A stretch of 64,000 bases of DNA, from positions 64,001 to 128,000 of IMG/VR virus record IMGVR_UViG_3300042887_005324, one strand, 5' to 3'. Shown here piece after piece: positions 48,628 to 59,987 of the stretch; positions within the stretch are counted from its first letter, which is position 1, and each line of letters begins with the position of its first letter. Position numbers and translations under genes: made by a program. Under the pieces are notes generated by a model. That model worked only from the letters and a program-made list of their open reading frames with translations, did no database searches and was not told the DNA's origin. The stretch comes from a virus.

Positions 48628-51123
48628 TTATCGTCCTGGTACTACAAAACTTGGATCTACTGGAGTATTACCAGTTAAAGGAGTTGATAGGAAATGACCG
48701 TGTAAAAGGCCTTTAGGTGATCCGTTTGGTAGATTATTGTAATAATAAACTCCTTGTAAGTTGAAATTGGTTCCAGTAAGAGAAGTAATACTTTCGTTAT
48801 TATTAATTATTAATCTACCTGGCTGAGCATCAATATTTCTTACAACAGAAACATTTCTTACATTTACAAATTTAGCAAATTTTTCACCACCGTTATTTTC
48901 TTCTTCTTGAAACCAAACATAAAAGAAACTTGCACCAGTTGTAGTAGTGATGTTGCAAAATCTATCTGGTCTTCCAGTAAAAAACTCATCCATAATAAGT
49001 GTAGCACCAGGAACTACTAAAACATTTTCTAACGGACATCTGTTGAATCCAATTAGTCGAGTTGAGTTAAGTCTAAGAGTAGCGTTTCGACTAATAACTC
49101 TACCTCTATTATAAGTTAAAGTACCACTGTAACTAAATGTTTTACCAGCTTGAAATGTCACTGATTCAGCGTCTATTATAATAGGTAAACTAAAACTTGG
49201 AGTTGAAGTAGCTTGATTGTCTATTGTAACTTCACCAACTAAATAGATTGATGATGTTCCAGAAAAGCTTGGAGCACTACCAGTAAGTATTAAACTTCTA
49301 AATAAGTATATTGGATTAACATTAATACTAGTTAGTGTGGTTGTTACACCCATAGAAAGTGTCCTAGCTTTTACTATTGATGTAAAATTATGTACACCAT
49401 TTATCAATGTCAAATTGTTTAATAATATTTCACCTGGACTAAAAGTTACTATATTATTGGCATATTTTGTCATTGTATTGTTATTAGTAAAGGCATCAAC
49501 ATACCCTTTTATCCATTCAAAATTGTGAACAGCAAAATAACTACCACCCAGTGTTATAACACCATTGGTATCAATTACAACACCTTGTGTTGCTCCGTAT
49601 CCAGTCAGAAAACTAGAAATAGTAAGTGTTCCAGTACCAACCATTCGAATGACTGTTTGATAAATATTTGATGACCCAGTGACTTGGAAACTACCAGCAA
49701 CATAAATAGTATTATTAGAACTTGTTATTCCTATTATTGAACTTGTAAGTAAGCTACCAGTCAGATAAAGATCACCTCTAGTTATTAACTGATGTGAACC
49801 ACCGCCACCAGCGTATGTTATGTTAGCAAAAGTCATACCTGGAGTATCAAAAATTGTAGTATTAGTAGTCATAACTATTGTACTATTAGTGGTAACAAGG
49901 TTTCCCGCAACATATCGTAATGTTCCACCATCAAAGTAAACTGTTCCGGATATTCTTCTAGTACCTGATGTATTGAATTCGATTAAACCTCTATTTCTAA
50001 AAGTAGTACCACCATTCCCCAAAACACTTCCAACACTCCAAGTACCTGTGCCAACAAGTTTTATATCCGCTCCTCCTGCTAATCTTGTAGCGTTCCCCCA
50101 TTGTTGTAGATTTTGATTGACCGAGATTGTTAAACCAGTTGGTAAGAGACTACAGTTCAGAGTTGTTGAGCCAATATCAAAATTGAGAACATCTAATGAG
50201 TTTGGTAAAGTAAGTGTTTGACCAGTATTATTATAATAAAGACTTCCAGTGAGATTATTATTAGCATCAGTAAAAAGTAAACTATAAGTTCCAAGAGAGA
50301 ATGAATGTAAAGCTCCACTGCTTCCTAAAGCTAAGTAACCACCGATTCTTATATTATTATTCGATGTTAAAACTCCTCCCAGGTTCCAGTTAACTATATT
50401 AAAAACTGGATTAAAATTTACAAATGACATAGAACCATATAAGTGAAAAGTTGTAGTTGTTGGTGGTGCTATTGTACCAGAAACAACAGTAATGGTTGGT
50501 CCACCATATCGAACAGTTGAACCAAAAGAAAAAGTACCAGAAGAATTTATATTTACCGGTAATCGAAAATAACTTGTACCAGAAGTGTGTGACCAGCTAC
50601 TACTTGCTACAATTCGTGTGGTTCCAGATGGTACTACACCAGCGGATGGTTGACTATCAATATTGGTACAAGATATTGTAAATCCATTTATTGTGGCACC
50701 GGATACTTGACTTGATATAGTGAGTGTTGTAGTTCTCCAATCATCTAATAAATTACTGTTGGTACCACCTCTAAATTGTAATGATGGGAAAAAAACTCTA
50801 TTTGACCTAAAATTACCGCTACCATTTATAGTAAAGAAATTTGCACCAGCTATACTCATGGTTTGACTACCGGTGAAACCATTATTCACAGATAAAGGTT
50901 GTGTTAAAGTGAGTGTACCTGAATAACGAGTACAATCTAAAGTTCTGACTGTGAATCCTCCTGCGACATTGCTTGTAACATTACCACTTGCTGCTTCAAA
51001 TATGACATCATCTGTTGATACAGGTGTGCCAGTCACTCCAGTATAGGTAGGAGATGGTGTACTACTCCAACTTGAGGTAGCGTTCCAGTTTGTAGATGTA
51101 TTTCTAAGGTAATATAGTGCCAT
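48628..51123 (-). CDS. beta-helix-like adhesin / receptor-binding protein
   Basis: NWNATSSWS..P..TDDVIF start; S/T/G/N-rich beta-repeat composition. Confidence 0.6.
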   Translation of the reverse strand: MALYYLRNTSTNWNATSSWSSTPSPTYTGVTGTPVSTDDVIFEAASGNVTSNVAGGFTVRTLDCTRYSGTLTLTQPLSVNNGFTGSQTMSIAGANFFTINGSGNFRSNRVFFPSLQFRGGTNSNLLDDWRTTTLTISSQVSGATINGFTISCTNIDSQPSAGVVPSGTTRIVASSSWSHTSGTSYFRLPVNINSSGTFSFGSTVRYGGPTITVVSGTIAPPTTTTFHLYGSMSFVNFNPVFNIVNWNLGGVLTSNNNIRIGGYLALGSSGALHSFSLGTYSLLFTDANNNLTGSLYYNNTGQTLTLPNSLDVLNFDIGSTTLNCSLLPTGLTISVNQNLQQWGNATRLAGGADIKLVGTGTWSVGSVLGNGGTTFRNRGLIEFNTSGTRRISGTVYFDGGTLRYVAGNLVTTNSTIVMTTNTTIFDTPGMTFANITYAGGGGSHQLITRGDLYLTGSLLTSSIIGITSSNNTIYVAGSFQVTGSSNIYQTVIRMVGTGTLTISSFLTGYGATQGVVIDTNGVITLGGSYFAVHNFEWIKGYVDAFTNNNTMTKYANNIVTFSPGEILLNNLTLINGVHNFTSIVKARTLSMGVTTTLTSINVNPIYLFRSLILTGSAPSFSGTSSIYLVGEVTIDNQATSTPSFSLPIIIDAESVTFQAGKTFSYSGTLTYNRGRVISRNATLRLNSTRLIGFNRCPLENVLVVPGATLIMDEFFTGRPDRFCNITTTTGASFFYVWFQEEENNGGEKFAKFVNVRNVSVVRNIDAQPGRLIINNNESITSLTGTNFNLQGVYYYNNLPNGSPKGLLHGHFLSTPLTGNTPVDPSFVVPGR

Positions 51124-51128
51124 ATCTA

Positions 51129-51551
51129 TTAGTAGTCACCCGCATAAGCTAAGGCATCAAATTGGTCTTGTGCACCAGCATAAATAGATTGACCTACTAA
51201 CATTGATTGACCAGAAAGTAAGATTATTGGTTGATCGAAAGTAAATATTGAAGTTGCTCCAACAGCTGTTGTGCTTCTTGTAGCGGCAGAAGTAACAACT
51301 TCACCCACTAATCTGTTATTACTTCCAGTTGTACTATTAATAAAAATTCTATGAACCATGTTAGAAGAAGCAGTTGCTGATGATGCTTGTGAGTTTCTAA
51401 ATCTGACTCCATCAATTCTAGTACCATCGACACCTGATGTAACTACTGTAAAAAGTGTACCACTACCGTCAGATGCTGTATTAGCAGTTGTTAATCTAGC
51501 TGGTGTAAAGTTACCTTGTTTGATGAAAATTGGTGATGTATTAGCTGGCAT
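51129..51551 (-). CDS. small fibre-associated (adaptor-like) protein
   Basis: MPANTSPIF..TANTASDGSG..GDY, located between collagen fibre and adhesin genes. Confidence 0.55.
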   Translation of the reverse strand: MPANTSPIFIKQGNFTPARLTTANTASDGSGTLFTVVTSGVDGTRIDGVRFRNSQASSATASSNMVHRIFINSTTGSNNRLVGEVVTSAATRSTTAVGATSIFTFDQPIILLSGQSMLVGQSIYAGAQDQFDALAYAGDY

Positions 51552-51556
51552 AATTT

Positions 51557-51808
51557 TTATCTATTTCCATTTATGTAATCAATTAATTCTTGATCACTAC
51601 TTTCTCTTATTGTTATTGTCATTATTTCATTTTCAACGAATCTTAATATTCTGATTTGTTGAATACCTATTGGTTTAGCAGAACCAGTTGTTTCAATCGA
51701 TTCATATCTACCTTCTGGTAAAAAAGTACAACTAAGTGAATATGTCACTTCTTCAGGATAGGGTCTTGACTCAATCACAAACCCATCAGGTGCGGTATAT
51801 TTCATCAT
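51557..51808 (-). CDS. small hypothetical protein
   Basis: 83 aa ORF after AATATATA motif. Confidence 0.6.
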   Translation of the reverse strand: MMKYTAPDGFVIESRPYPEEVTYSLSCTFLPEGRYESIETTGSAKPIGIQQIRILRFVENEIMTITIRESSDQELIDYINGNR

Positions 51809-51834
51809 AACTTATATATTGTATTTTTTATTTT

Positions 51835-53220
51835 TCATATAAAATTATAGTAATTAAATAAATTTGTTGCTGGTGAAACCCCTGCTGGGCCGATATTTCC
51901 TTGAGGACCAGTAGGACCTTGAGGACCAGAACCTTGAGGACCAGTAGGCCCTTGAGATCCAGTTGAACCTAAACCAGATGTTCCTTGTGGTCCAGTTGGA
52001 CCTTGTGAGCCATTGGCACCAGATGAACCTTGAGGTCCAGTAGGACCCTGTGTGCCTAAACCTTGTGGTCCGGTTGGTCCTTGAATACCGGTATCTCCTT
52101 GACTACCCTGAGATCCTGTTGGTCCTTGGAATCCTTGGAGTCCTTGAGGACCAATGACACCAGAAGAAACGATTGATAAGATAATTGGGTGATTTAGTGG
52201 TACAGAATAGGTTCCGCTTACTAAATTAACTGGAAAAGTTAAATAACTATTATAGATTACAGAGGGTGTACTAGAAATTATCCATTGTTGAAAGTTTGCA
52301 GAATCGTTTGAATCTTGGATTGTTAAGTAATCATTTATTTTAAGTAAGGCCAAGAAAATATCAACATCAATATTGTCGACAGTAAGATGTGAAACATAAA
52401 TTGTGTTTGAAGCAGTCTGTGTTGAATTACTCCAAGAAATAGAACCAGTTGCAGGTGGCACAGAGGTAGCACCACCTACATAATTATAAAATGAAGTTGA
52501 TTGTCCATTTGCTCCTTGAAATCCTTGAGGTCCAGTTGGTCCTTGAAAACCTTGGTATCCCTGATCACCCTGAAAACCTTGAGGACCTTGATCACCTTGA
52601 AATCCAATATCTCCTTGTGGTCCTTGATCACCCTGAAAACCTTGAGGACCTTGATCGCCTTGAAATCCAACATCTCCTTGTGGTCCTTGATCGCCTTGAA
52701 ATCCAACATCTCCTTGTGGTCCTACTGGACCTTGATCTCCCTGAGGACCTTGATCACCTTGTAAACCTTGAGGACCAACATCACCTTGTACACCTTGAGG
52801 TCCTTGATCACCTTGTGGTCCTGGATCACCTTGTGGACCTTGAAACCCTTGATCACCCTGAAATCCCTGAGGGCCTTGATCGCCTTGTGGTCCAGTTGGT
52901 CCTTGACTTCCCGAACCTGTTCCACCACCTGCTGGTCCCTGTGGACCCTGAAATCCTTGTGGTCCGGTCGATCCCACACCAGTCGGACCTTGAAATCCCT
53001 GAGGACCGGTTGTTCCCTGAGGACCAGTTGCTCCTTGACTACCAGAGCCAGTCCCACCTCCACCACCTGAACCCTGAGGTCCAGTCGGACCCTGAAAACC
53101 CTGTGGTCCCGAAGCAGTAGAAACAGTCAAAACCCAACCATATCCATTAAAAATAAATAGATTTCCATTGAATGAATATGTTTGACCAGATGAAGGTGGA
53201 TTCGGGAAATTAATTGCCAT
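51835..53220 (-). CDS. collagen-like fibre protein
   Basis: Gly-X-Y runs (GPQ, GFQ, GDQ, GPT); MAINFP N-terminal module. Confidence 0.88.
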   Translation of the reverse strand: MAINFPNPPSSGQTYSFNGNLFIFNGYGWVLTVSTASGPQGFQGPTGPQGSGGGGGTGSGSQGATGPQGTTGPQGFQGPTGVGSTGPQGFQGPQGPAGGGTGSGSQGPTGPQGDQGPQGFQGDQGFQGPQGDPGPQGDQGPQGVQGDVGPQGLQGDQGPQGDQGPVGPQGDVGFQGDQGPQGDVGFQGDQGPQGFQGDQGPQGDIGFQGDQGPQGFQGDQGYQGFQGPTGPQGFQGANGQSTSFYNYVGGATSVPPATGSISWSNSTQTASNTIYVSHLTVDNIDVDIFLALLKINDYLTIQDSNDSANFQQWIISSTPSVIYNSYLTFPVNLVSGTYSVPLNHPIILSIVSSGVIGPQGLQGFQGPTGSQGSQGDTGIQGPTGPQGLGTQGPTGPQGSSGANGSQGPTGPQGTSGLGSTGSQGPTGPQGSGPQGPTGPQGNIGPAGVSPATNLFNYYNFI

Positions 53221-53252
53221 ATCTTATTTATTAATTAAGTGGTTTTTCATTT

Positions 53253-56200
53253 TTAAGGTATAAATTGACTATCCCCGGTGATTGTAAATATTGTATATAA
53301 ACCATCAGTTGATGTAGTATAGGTTCCAATGACAGTACTATTTTGAGAAGTCAAAACACGTAATATAACTACACCATTACTACCATTGCCACCTTGACCG
53401 GTATTAGTAGCACCACCACCACCACCCATACCATAACCACCAGCACCATTTGTACCAGCACCTCCAGTTGTATTACCACCCTTACCACCAGTATTTCCAG
53501 TACCACCGGATGATTGAACGGATCCGTTACCCCCACCACCACCACCACCAGCAGAGTAATAAGAAGATGTTCCGGTAATTGAACTTGTTTTACCAGCACC
53601 ACCATCACCACCGGCTTGTGAAGTTTGTCCCTCTGTACCAACTGCACCAGCACCACCTCCACCACCACAACCGAAAGTACTCAATCCTCTTGACTGACCA
53701 CCACTGTTGTATGAATTAATAGTTTGAAATTCTATAGTTACATTATTGACACCAGATCCACCAGCAACTGTTCCACCAGAACCTGGAAAACCTGCTCCTC
53801 CACCAGAACCATTACCGTTTGAATTCCCAACAACTGCTGTAGATCCACTTGAGTTGAATCCACCACCACCACCTCCAGAACCCGTGATAGTGAAATTACT
53901 AGAAGTATATTTTACACCTTGTATATATGATGTACCACCATTACCGCCAGCTCCTGTAGTAGTTGCTCCAGCTCCACCAGTTCCAACAATAACATCATAA
54001 ACAAATCCTTTAGCAAATCCAGAAGTTCCTTCTACGAAGGCTCCACCACCTCCGCCACCACCCCAGTTGCATCCACCTCCGCCACCGCCACCAATGACTA
54101 GATATTGAACTGAAACGTATGAGTAAATTGGTGGCTTTACAAAATTACCTTGTAAATATGGACCAAATTGTTGACCTGTTTCAGTTGTAACATTACCTCC
54201 AGAACCTTGTAGACCATACATTTCAATATAATCAGTGATACCATCCATAAAAATCATTGCACTAATCATTGTTCCAACACCATTAGTATTACAAGGAACC
54301 CTAACACCTCTTTTAAATTCATATCCATTTTTATAAAGTGACATAATTTGTGAGCCAGCATTTGAGGCGTATGTGACAACACTGATATGACCATGAAACA
54401 GATAATAGCCTGCTAAAGTTGGCGTAAATCGATAGGTTGAAGTGCTGAATGCGTTATCAGAATCAAATTCTTCAGTATCTAAAGTTATTTTAGTTACTAC
54501 ATTGTTATTTAGTGTTGTCGCAACACTTCCATAAGCTGAAAATGCAGGACCATCAAGTGCTTTGAAAGTGGCAATTTGATAAGTAGCGGCATTAAATGTA
54601 GTAGCGGATGCTAGATTGATTACTGAAATAGTACCAGCTGTGAGTGTATTGGTTATTGTTGCATTATTCGTTACTGATAATGAACCAGTTGCAGATATAT
54701 TACCTAGAATAGATTGTGTACCTGAAGATAAAGTTCCTCTTAGATTTGAGTTTCCAGTAATAGTCAATGAACCAGTTGCACTAATATTTCCTAATACAGA
54801 TTGTGTACCGGAAAATACATTACCAGTCAATATTGAGTTTCCAGACACATTCAAATTACTACTAATTGTAGTTGGTTGGAATAACAAAATTGAGTTTGTT
54901 CCAAATGTCGACATTGTGGTAGAACCAATACCACCAGTATATAATGATATATTAGTGTTTGAACCAACTGATATTCTTCCATTACCAGTGATGAAGTCTG
55001 TAACGATTCCATTTGTAAAACTACTAGAATATGTAGAAGTTGACAGTAATCCACCTATGACACTATAGTTGCCATAACCATCCAAAGTAGAAACTAAAGT
55101 TGTACCAGCATACCATTTGTGTGAAGATCCTTGAGTATCAACACCATACCATAATGTAGAAGGAGCCACACCAAACGCGTAACCAGCACTAGCAGTACCA
55201 ATTGTTTCATATAAGACTATTTTACTACCAATACTTCTTGTCGTGAAGGTAGGTGGTGCAGAACCACCAAAATTAGTCATATTAATCCAGCCACCGTTTG
55301 CATTGTTACCAGTCAATGTAACTAAAGCTCCACCACTACTAGATGTTATAGTTATTGGTGAATTTATATTGACCATATTTGTTGTAAATGTGATACTACT
55401 TGTACTTGAAATAGCTGATGTTCCAGAATAAAAAGCAATTTGATTAGTAGTTCCATTATTTACAGTGTTTATAGATGACCAAGTTGTACCATTATAAAAA
55501 CTATAAAGTGATAGATTTGTATCAAATACTAACAAACCAGCAGTAGCTGATACAATTGCATTTTTTTCAGAAGATAACATTCTTGGTGGTAAGAAACCTT
55601 TAGTTGTTGAATTTAATGTCAAAATAGAACTTGTAACTCCTAAGAATGTTCCCCCATTTTGCAACATCAAACTACCATCCACAAACATTAACATATTCGT
55701 TGTGGTGCTGTTTCTCCATTCAAAAAGTGGTCTTGTTGTGACTAAACTACTACCATTTAATCTAGATTCAAATCTAGTTATTGATGTTGTCCCAATATCA
55801 GTGCCCGTCAATAAATCCGAAAGAATCCAAGTTGATGGATAACCATTTGTATTAGATCTAGACCATATCGTTGGTGCAAAAATATTTGCTGTTTGAACTC
55901 CATTTGTAAAACGTACATATCCGTCTGTCGATGATACACCATTTCCATACATTACAATAAAACTATTACCGGTTGAAGTCACTTCCAATGAATATGTTGA
56001 ACCAGTACCGGTGATTCTTTGTCTACCAACTACATCTAAGTTAAAAGAAGGTGCAGTCATACCTATACCAACACTTCCAACAGAATCCACAACAAAAGGA
56101 CTTGAATCTGGATTACTAGAGTCTTCAACAATAAGTGCATTTCCTGAACCTGTTTGTGTTATTCTTACCAAATCTGTTGAGGTCTCACCTGAAACTCTCA

Positions 56201-59200
56201 AACCAATTGTTGAACCGGTTGACGCATCTATATCTAATTTTGATCCAGGTGTTATTGTACCGATACCTAAGTTACCATTATTAAAATATGAGTCACCGAC
56301 TGTTGCAAAGTTTATGAGAGCTCTTCCAGCAACTGAATTTTGAATTGATCTATTAGATGTACCATTTATAAAGATGTTTCCATAAAGAAGTGTATTGCCA
56401 CTTACATTAAGAACCGAGGTAGACGAAGTTGTTATTCCAATATAAACCTTTCCATCTGCAGCTACAAGAAATGGACTCGAATCTGGATTTGTGGAATCCT
56501 CTACAAGAATCGCATTTCCATCACCTAACTGTGTTATTCTGACCATGTCAGTTGAACTACTACCCGATACTATTAATCCAGAACTAGTAGAATTATTTTG
56601 AATCTCAAGTGATGCAGTTGGCGATGCAGTTCCTATTCCGACTTTTCCATCACCACTTATTGTTAGTCTTATACCTTTACTACCTCCATTATTAGTAACA
56701 AAATGATGACTCTTATTTTGATAGTTATTTACATAAATAGCATCATTTCTATTCGCGAATAAATTGTTCCAAGAAGGCCCAGTAGCTCTATCTAATGAGA
56801 TATAAAAAGAATTGTTTATGTTATAAGCATCATTTCTGTCACTTAATACAATAAATGGAACTTTGGTTGTTGTGTCTGCTCTAGTCACTAAATTAGCATT
56901 GGCTAAAGTCCCACCATCAAAAAACATCACAGAATCAACACCACTTGTTGATAGTGCATGTAATTGGTATGATGGTGCAGTTATACCTAATCCGAGTCTA
57001 TTGTTAGTTTGATCCCAGTAGAATTGTGAGCTTTGTTGTAATACATTACCAGATCCCTGGAATAATACATATCCGACAGTACCACTCAAAATAGAAGTAG
57101 AACCAACTGTCAGACTATTTGGACCAGTAGGTCCTTGGTTTCCTTGAAATCCCTGATTTCCTTGTGGACCAGTTGGTCCTTGATTACCTTGATTACCCTG
57201 AAATCCTTGAGGTCCAGTTGGTCCCTGATTTCCTTGTGGTCCAGTTGGTCCTTGAAAGCCTTGGTTACCTTGAAATCCTTGAGGACCGGTCGGACCTTGA
57301 TTACCTTGATTTCCCTGAAATCCCTGAGGTCCAGTTGGTCCTTGATTGCCTTGGTTTCCTTGAAAGCCTTGAGGTCCAGTTGGTCCTTGAAATCCCTGAT
57401 TACCTTGAAAGCCTTGAGGTCCGGTCGGACCTTGATTGCCTTGGTTACCTTGAAAACCTTGAGGTCCGGTTGGTCCTTGACTTCCTTGGTTACCCTGGAA
57501 TCCTTGTGGTCCAGTTGGTCCTTGGAATCCCTGATTACCTTGAAATCCTTGTGGTCCGGTTGGTCCTTGTGAGCCAGTAGCGCCATTTGAACCTGTTCTA
57601 CCTTGAAATCCCTGATTACCCTGGAATCCTTGTGGTCCGGTTGGTCCTTGAAATCCCTGATTGCCCTGGAATCCTTGAGGACCGGTAACACCACTGCCTT
57701 GAAAACCCTGAGGTCCAGTTGGTCCTTGATTTCCTTGAACTCCTTGTGATCCGGTTGTTCCTTGAGCTCCTTGTCCATTAGTAATAAGTACTGCACTAAA
57801 CCAAGTACCCGAACCTAATGTACTACCTTTCAAAAGAGTCTGAGGTACCCCAGTATAAGCAGTAAAATCTACATAATCTGTAGTTCCGTTTAGGTATATA
57901 AGTTTAGTACCACCTGATGAAAATCCAGAAAATGTAGCTGAAGTTATTTGAGCTTGACTTATTAAGAAAGTACCACCGTTTTTACGAGCTTGTAAATTAT
58001 GCTGATTATTAACACTATATGTACCTGACCACCAGCCATTTAAAGTAATTTCATAATATCCAGCTATTGTTGGTAAGAATTGTTTAGTTGATGCATTCCA
58101 CCAATTTTGAGGATCAAAATCACTCACAAAAGCAATTAAAACATCACTAGCTGTAAATGGTTGGTTAGCACTTAATATGCCTTGAGAAACATAATTAGAT
58201 ACAGACAAGTCAGCAGATGGACCAGTAACTCCCTGAAATCCTTGTGGACCAGTAGTGCCCTGTGGGCCTACTGAACCCTGATTACCTTGAAATCCAGTTG
58301 GTCCTTGAGGTCCTTGAGCACCAGATCCTTGTGGACCAGTTGTACCTTGTGGTCCAGTTGGTCCTTGGTTACCTTGATTACCTTGAAAACCAGTCGCTCC
58401 ATATCCTTGTGGACCAACAGAACCTTGAAATCCTTGTGGACCAGTTGGTCCTTGATTACCTTGATTACCTTGAAATCCTTGTGGACCAGTTGGTCCTTGA
58501 AATCCTTGATTGCCTTGAAACCCCTGAGGACCAGTTGGTCCTTGTGATCCAGTAGCACCATTAGAACCCGTTCTACCTTGAAATCCTTGATTACCTTGAA
58601 ATCCTTGTGGACCAGTCAATCCCTGAAATCCTTGATTACCCTGGAATCCTTGTGGACCAGTTGGTCCTTGATTACCCTGGAATCCTTGTGGACCAGTTGG
58701 CCCTTGAAGTCCTTGAAAACCAGTCGCTCCATATCCTTGAGGTCCAGTAGATCCTTGAAAACCTTGAAATCCAGTTGGTCCTTGAAACCCTTGAAATCCC
58801 TGAGTACCTTGGAATCCTTGAAATCCCTGAGGTCCAGTTGGTCCTTGATTACCTTGAAATCCTTGAAACCCAGTTGGTCCTTCAACTCCTTGATCACCCT
58901 GGAGTCCCTGAGGACCACTTGGTCCCTGATCACCTTGATCACCTTGAAAACCAGTTGGTCCTTGAAACCCTTGATCACCTTGAAATCCCTGAGGTCCTTG
59001 ATCACCTTGATTACCTTGAAAACCTTGAGGTCCAGTTGGTCCTTGTCGACCTTGAAAACCTTGAGGTCCAGTTGGTCCTTGTCGACCTTGGAAACCCTGA
59101 ACTCCTTGAGGACCAGTTGGTCCTTGTCTTCCCTGAAAACCTTGGAAACCTTGTGGTCCAGTTGGTCCTTGATCACCTTGAACACCTTGAAATCCCTGAG

Positions 59201-59987
59201 GACCAGTCGGTCCTTGAAATCCCTGGTCACCCTGAGGACCAAGTATACCAGTTAAGTTGACAGTCCATTCTGAATATGTAATACCAAATGTCGCGCCAAG
59301 TTCATTACACTCAACAATCATTTGTCCAGTACTTGCTGAGTAAGCAAGAATGTCTCCATTAAACTTATCAAGTTTATTACTAATTGGTGTTACTATTACC
59401 TGTTGTGTTTCAGTGTAAGCTAATAATGTATCAATTGTAAATGAAACAGTAAAACCTAAATCTGGAACAGCGAAAGTATCATAGGTAAAGGTAGAATACT
59501 TATCACCTTTTGTTCCTTGAAACCCTTGAGGACCAGTAGCACCTTGATTACCTTGAAAACCTTGATTACCTTGAAAACCCTGAAATCCGGTTGGTCCTTG
59601 AAAGCCCTGGTTACCTTGAAAACCTTGAGGTCCTTGAAATCCCTGTGCTCCCTGAAATCCTTGCGCACCTTGAAATCCTTGCGCACCCTGAAACCCTTGA
59701 TAACCCTGTGGACCTTGGGATATAAAAGGAGTAACCCATTGAAAGCTATCACCATCACTGAAATAAACAAACTCAGTACCAGTACTTAAATCATACCATC
59801 TGTCACCGGTTATAGCATCAGTTGGTGCTGGTGGTTCTTGAACAAAGTATCGGTTACTTACTGCAGCACCACCTACATCTAAAACATTACCACTTCCATC
59901 ATAAAAAACGCCGTTGATATATTGAACTATTCTCGGAAATAATTCCGGTACTATTTGTTCTATCTTATTCGGATTCTGCCTAGCCAC
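53253..59987 (-). CDS. giant collagen-like tail fibre protein with C1q-like and Gly-rich C-terminal domains
   Basis: 2244 aa; three Gly-X-Y blocks, G.VGIGT..P shaft repeats, two F.PT.AGYY..L/M.G.TDY domains, YLVIGGGGGGG..GSNGVVILR Gly-rich tip; GTG start. Confidence 0.88.
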   Translation of the reverse strand: MARQNPNKIEQIVPELFPRIVQYINGVFYDGSGNVLDVGGAAVSNRYFVQEPPAPTDAITGDRWYDLSTGTEFVYFSDGDSFQWVTPFISQGPQGYQGFQGAQGFQGAQGFQGAQGFQGPQGFQGNQGFQGPTGFQGFQGNQGFQGNQGATGPQGFQGTKGDKYSTFTYDTFAVPDLGFTVSFTIDTLLAYTETQQVIVTPISNKLDKFNGDILAYSASTGQMIVECNELGATFGITYSEWTVNLTGILGPQGDQGFQGPTGPQGFQGVQGDQGPTGPQGFQGFQGRQGPTGPQGVQGFQGRQGPTGPQGFQGRQGPTGPQGFQGNQGDQGPQGFQGDQGFQGPTGFQGDQGDQGPSGPQGLQGDQGVEGPTGFQGFQGNQGPTGPQGFQGFQGTQGFQGFQGPTGFQGFQGSTGPQGYGATGFQGLQGPTGPQGFQGNQGPTGPQGFQGNQGFQGLTGPQGFQGNQGFQGRTGSNGATGSQGPTGPQGFQGNQGFQGPTGPQGFQGNQGNQGPTGPQGFQGSVGPQGYGATGFQGNQGNQGPTGPQGTTGPQGSGAQGPQGPTGFQGNQGSVGPQGTTGPQGFQGVTGPSADLSVSNYVSQGILSANQPFTASDVLIAFVSDFDPQNWWNASTKQFLPTIAGYYEITLNGWWSGTYSVNNQHNLQARKNGGTFLISQAQITSATFSGFSSGGTKLIYLNGTTDYVDFTAYTGVPQTLLKGSTLGSGTWFSAVLITNGQGAQGTTGSQGVQGNQGPTGPQGFQGSGVTGPQGFQGNQGFQGPTGPQGFQGNQGFQGRTGSNGATGSQGPTGPQGFQGNQGFQGPTGPQGFQGNQGSQGPTGPQGFQGNQGNQGPTGPQGFQGNQGFQGPTGPQGFQGNQGNQGPTGPQGFQGNQGNQGPTGPQGFQGNQGFQGPTGPQGNQGPTGPQGFQGNQGNQGPTGPQGNQGFQGNQGPTGPNSLTVGSTSILSGTVGYVLFQGSGNVLQQSSQFYWDQTNNRLGLGITAPSYQLHALSTSGVDSVMFFDGGTLANANLVTRADTTTKVPFIVLSDRNDAYNINNSFYISLDRATGPSWNNLFANRNDAIYVNNYQNKSHHFVTNNGGSKGIRLTISGDGKVGIGTASPTASLEIQNNSTSSGLIVSGSSSTDMVRITQLGDGNAILVEDSTNPDSSPFLVAADGKVYIGITTSSTSVLNVSGNTLLYGNIFINGTSNRSIQNSVAGRALINFATVGDSYFNNGNLGIGTITPGSKLDIDASTGSTIGLRVSGETSTDLVRITQTGSGNALIVEDSSNPDSSPFVVDSVGSVGIGMTAPSFNLDVVGRQRITGTGSTYSLEVTSTGNSFIVMYGNGVSSTDGYVRFTNGVQTANIFAPTIWSRSNTNGYPSTWILSDLLTGTDIGTTSITRFESRLNGSSLVTTRPLFEWRNSTTTNMLMFVDGSLMLQNGGTFLGVTSSILTLNSTTKGFLPPRMLSSEKNAIVSATAGLLVFDTNLSLYSFYNGTTWSSINTVNNGTTNQIAFYSGTSAISSTSSITFTTNMVNINSPITITSSSGGALVTLTGNNANGGWINMTNFGGSAPPTFTTRSIGSKIVLYETIGTASAGYAFGVAPSTLWYGVDTQGSSHKWYAGTTLVSTLDGYGNYSVIGGLLSTSTYSSSFTNGIVTDFITGNGRISVGSNTNISLYTGGIGSTTMSTFGTNSILLFQPTTISSNLNVSGNSILTGNVFSGTQSVLGNISATGSLTITGNSNLRGTLSSGTQSILGNISATGSLSVTNNATITNTLTAGTISVINLASATTFNAATYQIATFKALDGPAFSAYGSVATTLNNNVVTKITLDTEEFDSDNAFSTSTYRFTPTLAGYYLFHGHISVVTYASNAGSQIMSLYKNGYEFKRGVRVPCNTNGVGTMISAMIFMDGITDYIEMYGLQGSGGNVTTETGQQFGPYLQGNFVKPPIYSYVSVQYLVIGGGGGGGCNWGGGGGGGAFVEGTSGFAKGFVYDVIVGTGGAGATTTGAGGNGGTSYIQGVKYTSSNFTITGSGGGGGGFNSSGSTAVVGNSNGNGSGGGAGFPGSGGTVAGGSGVNNVTIEFQTINSYNSGGQSRGLSTFGCGGGGGAGAVGTEGQTSQAGGDGGAGKTSSITGTSSYYSAGGGGGGGNGSVQSSGGTGNTGGKGGNTTGGAGTNGAGGYGMGGGGGATNTGQGGNGSNGVVILRVLTSQNSTVIGTYTTSTDGLYTIFTITGDSQFIP

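Noticed and set aside
57120-59720. Tandem nucleotide repeats that might resemble a CRISPR array or VNTR
   Set aside because: 9-nt periodic degenerate repeats fully explained by collagen coding; no constant repeat with unique spacers
52476-59789. Many overlapping ORFs on both strands within the collagen genes
   Set aside because: Shadow frames produced by stop-poor Gly-X-Y repeat codons; low-complexity products with no promoters
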